From Malacoraja senta (taxonomy: Eukaryota): a DNA stretch of 64,000 nucleotides. Location: positions 2,418,001-2,482,000 of the forward strand of contig CM075991.1 in the NCBI GenBank assembly GCA_038087875.1. Reading direction: 5' to 3'. Shown here in pieces: positions 58,369 to 64,000 of the stretch; position 1 is the first letter of the stretch, and every line of letters starts with the position of its first letter. Below the pieces are notes generated by a model, which was given only the letters and a program-made list of their open reading frames with translations, was not told the origin of the DNA and did no database searches. Position numbers and translations under genes: made by a program.

Positions 58369-59309
58369 ACAGCAGTCCATGTGGATCCAGCGCACTGATG
58401 ATCCACAAACTGCCTTGGGCTGCCCCAGTTACTGGTAAGCTTGGCGCAGCTCTGCCAACTCTCACAACCTGAGCCTTTGGCTCTGGTCGGATACTCCCTC
58501 CCCTGTCGGTAGCTGCAAGCGATTTCCACCCCCAAGCGCTAAAGCTAATGAGAACCACTTTCATTCTGCAGATCTGTACAATATCCTGTGTAGGAAGGAA
58601 CTGCAGATACTGGTTTACACCAAAGATAGACATAAAATGCTGGAGTAACTCAGCAGATCAGGCAGCAAATCTGGAGAAAAGGAATAGGTGATGTTTTGTG
58701 TGGAAACCCTTCTTCAGACTGAGAGTCAGTGGAGAGTGAAACTAGAGGTTTCCCTTTCTCTGTACTCTCTGCTCTAACTTTCCATATTTCATACTACCCT
58801 TGCCATTCCAGGCACTTTTAGATAACTCCAATTACCCCACTGTGGGCACTTCTGTTTCTGCTCTCTTACACCATTCTTCCAATTCCAATTAATCAATTAG
58901 TATCTGGAAATCTTTCCTTGAATCCATCCCACTGAGTTCTGATGGCCTGTTGTCTTTATTACAAGATACATCCAGTGGTACTTTGCATAGTTATTTCATT
59001 GTGTAACCCGGGTGAATAGCTCCATAGATCAGCTGTCCTCGATGAATCCAAAGCCTGGAGCTGTCTTTCACAGAATTACATCAGCTTTTTGCTGGGGTGC
59101 ACAATTCAAAGTTCCTGCTCATTAAATGTCCACAGCAGAGTGGTACCTTGTCAAGCAGCTGATTACTCACCACTTGAAAACTATCCAGGTACCACTCTGG
59201 GGAAGGAAGATAAAGACCAAGATTTTTATTTCTTCATTTTAATTTAACCATTTGTATCCAGGGGGATAATTCTATACAATGAAGGACTTCGGAGCATTAT
59301 AAAAAATTG

Positions 59310-59615
59310 TTTAGTTTAGAGATACAGCATAAAAGCAGGCCCTTCAGCCCACTGGGTCCGTGCCGACCAACGATCTCCACACACTAACACTATCCTACAT
59401 ACACTAGGGACAATTTATAATATTACTGAAGTCAATTAACCTACAAACCTGTATATCTTTGGAATGTGGGAGGAAGCTGGAGCACCTGTAGAAAACCCAC
59501 GCAGGTCACGGGAAGAATGTAAAACTCCGTACAGACAGCACCAATAGTCAGGATGTAACCGGGGTTTCTGGTGCTGTAAGGCAGCAACTCTACCGCTGCA
59601 CCACTGTGCCGCCCC
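59310..59615 (-). mobile_element. HE1-like tRNA-derived SINE
   Basis: Reverse complement of the 32038 family; tRNA-like head at about 59560-59614. Confidence 0.75.
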
Positions 59616-59741
59616 ACATCTGGTGTTTTGGCTTTTTACCTGATCATTAGCGGCTGCAGTTATTTGCGTGACATTGGCTTATGGTTGCTGGAACATTGCT
59701 GGAACACCATTTCACTGGGACCTTGCCATTTACCTTTGCAG

Positions 59742-59829
59742 GTTTGTGACCCTGTTCCCAGGGGACGTCTTCCTAACTGGAACACCGTCTGGAGTTGGCG
59801 TATTCAGGAAACCACCCAAGTTCCTCAAA
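59742..59829 (+). CDS. FAHD2A: FAHD2 penultimate exon ([29 protein letters not shown])
   Basis: FAH-family PGD-x3-TGTP-GVG motif; tttgcag| acceptor, |gtaggt donor. Confidence 0.93.
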
Positions 59830-60084
59830 GTAGGTGAAACTGGTGCTAACTTTCAGCTAAAATAACAGGTTTCACTGTGTGAAAGATGCCTTCAGTTATG
59901 CAATGAAGAACAAATATTCGTGCAAAGATGCAAAGATTCGGAGCTCCACCCCATAGCAGTAAGAGTAATGGATCTAGTAAACAAGCAGTTTGCCTCATCT
60001 AATTGGCCATTGTGGTGAGAGTTAATGCCACTGATCTCTGACAAAAATGGACAAAGAATCCAATTCCTTACTTGAAATATCAAA

Positions 60085-60415
60085 TGGGCCTGTCCCACTT
60101 ACACAACTTTTTCAGCGACTGCCGGCATCCGTTATAGGTCGCCGAAAAGTTTCAACATGTTGAAAATTCAGCGGTGACCAGAAAGACGCTACGGCTCTTT
60201 GGGCGACTGAGGAGACTACTCACGACTATACAGGCGACACCCTGGCGACATGTCGCGGGGTGAAGCCTGTATGGTCGTGAGAAGTCGCCCAAAAAGTCGT
60301 ACCTTGTTCTGGTCGCTGCTGGATTTTCAACATGTTGAAAATTTTCTGAGACCTGCTGCGACTATGACAGGTGCCTGCAAGTCACCGAAAAAATCGCGTA
60401 AGTGGGACAGGCCCT
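60085..60415. mobile_element. PIF/Harbinger-type MITE
   Basis: GGGCCTGTCCCACTTAC / GTAAGTGGGACAGGCCCT termini followed by TAA. Confidence 0.78.
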
Positions 60416-60780
60416 TAAGTATGTACTTTCCACCAGGATTTCAGAGATAGTCATCAACATTGACTCTCTCATTGAGAGAGGAATCGTTCTCTCTTGCTAA
60501 GACACGGTAATTAAGTGACATCCTTGGAATGTGCCCCAGATTTGCCCAGCTGCCATTTTATTGCCCCTGGCTTCTCTTTGAGACAAATGAAACTAGGATT
60601 TTTCCATGAGCAAATTGAGGAGGAATTTTTCCTCCATCGCTTCTTCAGGATCATTTAGGATTGCCTATACAGTTAAATATCTTAATTCTTCGGTTGTAAT
60701 TCACAAGGTTACAAACACTTTTCATAATCTGTCACCATTTCCGACACATGAAACGCATTCACTGGTTGAATTTTTTTCAG

Positions 60781-60843
60781 CGTGGAGACATTGTGGAATG
60801 TGAAATAGATGAAATCGGAACTCTAAGGAACGTTATTAATTAG
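60781..60843 (+). CDS. FAHD2A: FAHD2 last coding exon (RGDIVECEIDEIGTLRNVIN*)
   Basis: tttttttcag| acceptor, phase 0; matches the FAHD2 C-terminus; TAG at 60841-60843. Confidence 0.92.
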   Translation, partial: RGDIVECEIDEIGTLRNVIN

Positions 60844-61412
60844 GTCCTTGCTGTCTTCAGATTGGATTCACTAAAGGTATGAAACTTTTCACGATGAAAA
60901 AACTTCAAGAGATGGAGCTACAGACGAGCTCTGTGATTAGTCATGGGTTCATAGTGAGAATCTGCAGAACTGGGGATACATAGGATTAAAGGGTTAAGTA
61001 TTCTGTCTCCTGGAGATTATGGGATACCTCGTGGCATATTAAAGTTAAGTTTAGTTAAGTTTTGCTTTCCTTGCTGTGACATCATCATTCTTGTAAAACA
61101 TGTGATGTTTATGTGATGTTTAATGCTATTGTAATTGGCTAAGATGTATTATGCTGTGTATGGTTGTAACTGGGTGGAAAGATTGTCCCCACCTGTATAA
61201 CCATGTAATACTGTAGTTAGAATCACCACCCTCCCACTGAATCAACCATATATATATATATATATATATGCTAATTCCTTTGTTTGAACACATGTGATAC
61301 TCCATGATCCACTGGGAGAGCTTCCAAGGGCGGTACAGAGAAACCTGGTCACCATGGTGAAATAAAGAATGATTTAAAGTATTCTAGTCAGTGTTTTCAC
61401 TGAACGGACTTA

Positions 61413-61747
61413 AGGGCCTGTCCCACGGGCATGCGACTCCATGCGGCAAGCGCAACCTAACCGCAAGCGGGTGCCGTGTGGGGGCCGCGCGGAGGTCGCG
61501 GGGCCCGTCCCACTTCGATCGCGGGAGCCGCATCGAGGCCGTGCACACCGCCTCGCTGTCGTACGCACCGTCTTGACGTCACTCAACCTCCGCGCGGCCC
61601 CCGCTTCCGATTTGGTAGCGCTTGCCGCATGCAGCCGCATGCTGGTGGGACCGGCCCTGTACGGGGATCACTCGACCTCCGTGCGGCCCCCGCTTGCGGT
61701 TAGGTCGCGCTTGCCGCATGGAGTCGCATGCCCGTGGGACAGGCCCT
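61413..61747. mobile_element. PIF/Harbinger-type MITE with long TIRs
   Basis: About 55-60 bp near-perfect TIR starting AGGGCCTGTCCCACGGGCATGCGACTCCATGCGGCAAGCG; TTA/TAA flanks. Confidence 0.82.
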
Positions 61748-62756
61748 TAAGGGATATAAATACCGGAATTATCAATAGAATAGCACTACTCTGAAATGGA
61801 CCCTTCAACCCTCTACCACCTTTTTGCCCATCCACACTGATCCCATTTGACGACATTATAGAGCCTTAGAGTATGGAAACAGGCCCTTCAGCCCAACTTG
61901 CCCATATTGACCAGGACGCCCCATCAACACTAGTCCCATGTGGGCCCGCATTTGGCCCATATCCCTCTAATCCATTCCTACCGCTCAAACGTCTTTTAAA
62001 CATTGTTATACAACATTTGTTATATGGTTATATGGTTATTAGGACTGTTTCAGACACAAAGTGCTGGAGTAACTCAGTGGATCAGGCCGCATCTCTGGGG
62101 AACATGGATGGGTGACGTTTCGAGTCGAGATCCTTCTTCAGCTGAGCCATCCATGTTCTCCAGAAGTGCTGCCCAACCTGCTGAGTTACTCCAGCACTTT
62201 GTCTTTTTGTACATTAACCAGCATCTGCAGTTTCTATGTTAGGCCAGTATCCTACTGTCCCTTTCCTATTTAAGTGTCTTTCTAAATACCTCTTAAATGT
62301 AATGCATTGATCCCACCTCCACCAACATGGTCTAGATGTCAACCACTCTCTGTATATATTAAAAAAGTGACCTCCGGATCCGTTAAAGCTCCTTCCTCAC
62401 CCCTTAACTAATGCCCCCTTGTCTCTGATACCGTTAACTGGGAAAAGGATATTGACTGCCCACCATATGTCCACCATATTGACTATACCAGTCACATTAT
62501 CGTGTACCATCTGATTAGTTTTGGAGATTAGAAATGTGTAGGAGTGTATCCGCTTAAATTTAAAGAGTGTTTTATAAATTGGAATGGATTAACCAAGCTG
62601 TTGTTTGTTGAATGTGTTTCTGTCATGCTGTGTTTTCAGAGTGAAATCACAATAAATAAATCTTCATTTCGTAGTTATCATTGATTTAAATAACTTTGTT
62701 TAAAGATGCAGCAAGGAAACAGGTCCTTCAGTCCACCGAGTCCACACTGAACATTG

Positions 62757-63525
62757 AACCCTGTCTCCAACATGATCCCACCACTTGCCACATCTTCCCA
62801 ACTCCTCCCCTGTCTGCTTTCCGCAAAGACCGCTCCCTCCGTAGCTCCCTGGTCAATTCGTCCCTTCCCACCCGAACCACTTCAACCCAAAAGGTGCTGC
62901 GTACTTTCCCTTGCAACCGAAGGAAATGCTACACTTGTCGCTTTATCTCCCCCCTTGACTCCATCCAAGGACCTAAGCAGTCTTTCCAGGTGTGGCAGAG
63001 GTTCACCTGCACCTCCTCCAACCTCATCTATTGCATCCGCTGCTCTAGATGTCAGCTGCTCTACATCGGTGAGACCAAGCGTAGGCTTGGCGATCGCTTC
63101 GCCCAACACCTCCGCTCGATTCGCAATAACCAACCTGATCTCCCGGTGGCTCAGCACTTCAACTCCCCCTCCTATTCCGAATCCGACCTTTCTGTCCTGG
63201 GCCTCCTCCATGGCCAGAGTGAGGACCACTATAAATTGGAGGAGCAGCACCTCATATATCGTTTGGGCAGTTTGCACCACATCTCTAATTTCAGGTAGTC
63301 CTTACTTTCTCCTCCTCTTCTCAGCTCTCCCTCAGCCCACTGGCTCCACCTCTTCCTTTCTTTTCCCGCCTACCCCCCCCCCCCCCTCACATCAGTGTGA
63401 AGAAGGGTTTCGACCCGAAGCGTTGCTTATTTCCTTTGCTCCATAGATGCTGCCTCACCCGCTGAGTTTCTCCAGCATTTTTGTCTACCTTTGATTTTCC
63501 AGCATCTGCAGTTCCTTTTTAAACA
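62757..63525 (+). mobile_element. Penelope-like element 3' part (Cys-rich linker, GIY-YIG endonuclease and pLTR), Neptune-like
   Basis: PCNRRKCYTC...FTCTSSNLIYCIRCSRCQLLYIGETKRRLGDRFAQH...VAQHFN...LEEQHLIYRLGSL. Confidence 0.9.
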
Positions 63526-63529
63526 ACTG

Positions 63530-63797
63530 AACATTGATCACCCGTTCACACTAGTTCTCTTTTCCCACTTTCACATCCACTTCCTCCACACTGGGAACAA
63601 TTTACGGTGACCAATTAACCTACAAACCTACATGTCTTTGGGAAGTGGGATGAAACCCCGGGGCACCCAGAAGAAACCCACGTGGTCACGGGGAGAACGT
63701 GCAAACGGCACATAAACAGGCCCCGAGGTCAGGATTGAACCCAGGTCTCTGGTGCTGTGAGGGAGCAGCTCCATCAGCTGCTCCACTGTGCCACCCA
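63530..63797 (-). mobile_element. HE1-like SINE
   Basis: Reverse-complement tRNA-like head and V-SINE-like core. Confidence 0.7.
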
Positions 63798-64000
63798 AGT
63801 GACTTAAACAATCAGTTTGCAATTTTTTCCTAACGCTTTGAATGGGAAGAGAGGATCTATAAAGGGTCTGGCAAAAATGGCGTTAAAGATATCTACTCAA
63901 GTAAAATCACACATAACCACGGTATTTCAGTGCAATTTTAAACTGAAATAACTTTTTATTTTGCAGGCTGATTTATGTGACAAGATGGAACAATCTTGTA

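Overview
Vertebrate genomic DNA, most likely a cartilaginous fish such as a skate or ray (inferred from HE1-like tRNA-derived SINEs and dense CR1, Rex1 and Penelope repeats). Two genes diverge head-to-head from a GC-rich promoter at about 39.9-40.2 kb that holds six same-orientation CCAAT boxes. On the minus strand is a complete M17 (leucyl) aminopeptidase gene of the W07G4.4-like type: 17 coding exons, 39887 to 5184, 525 aa by my manual splice, all GT-AG with consistent phases. On the plus strand is a FAHD2 gene; its first coding exon and last two exons are visible, and the middle exons are missing, probably inside the 200-N gap at 53175-53374. Introns are packed with CR1, L2, Rex1/Babar, Vingi-like and I/Nimb-like retrotransposons, Penelope-like elements (PLEs), SINEs, PIF/Harbinger-type MITEs and a hAT-like element with a long foldback. 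The most notable non-genic signal is a family of short, often inverted, PLE-derived insertions with 14-15 bp target duplications that carry a hammerhead-ribozyme-like core (CUGAAGA-stem-GAAAC-GUH). All calls come from reading the sequence by eye; no searches were run.
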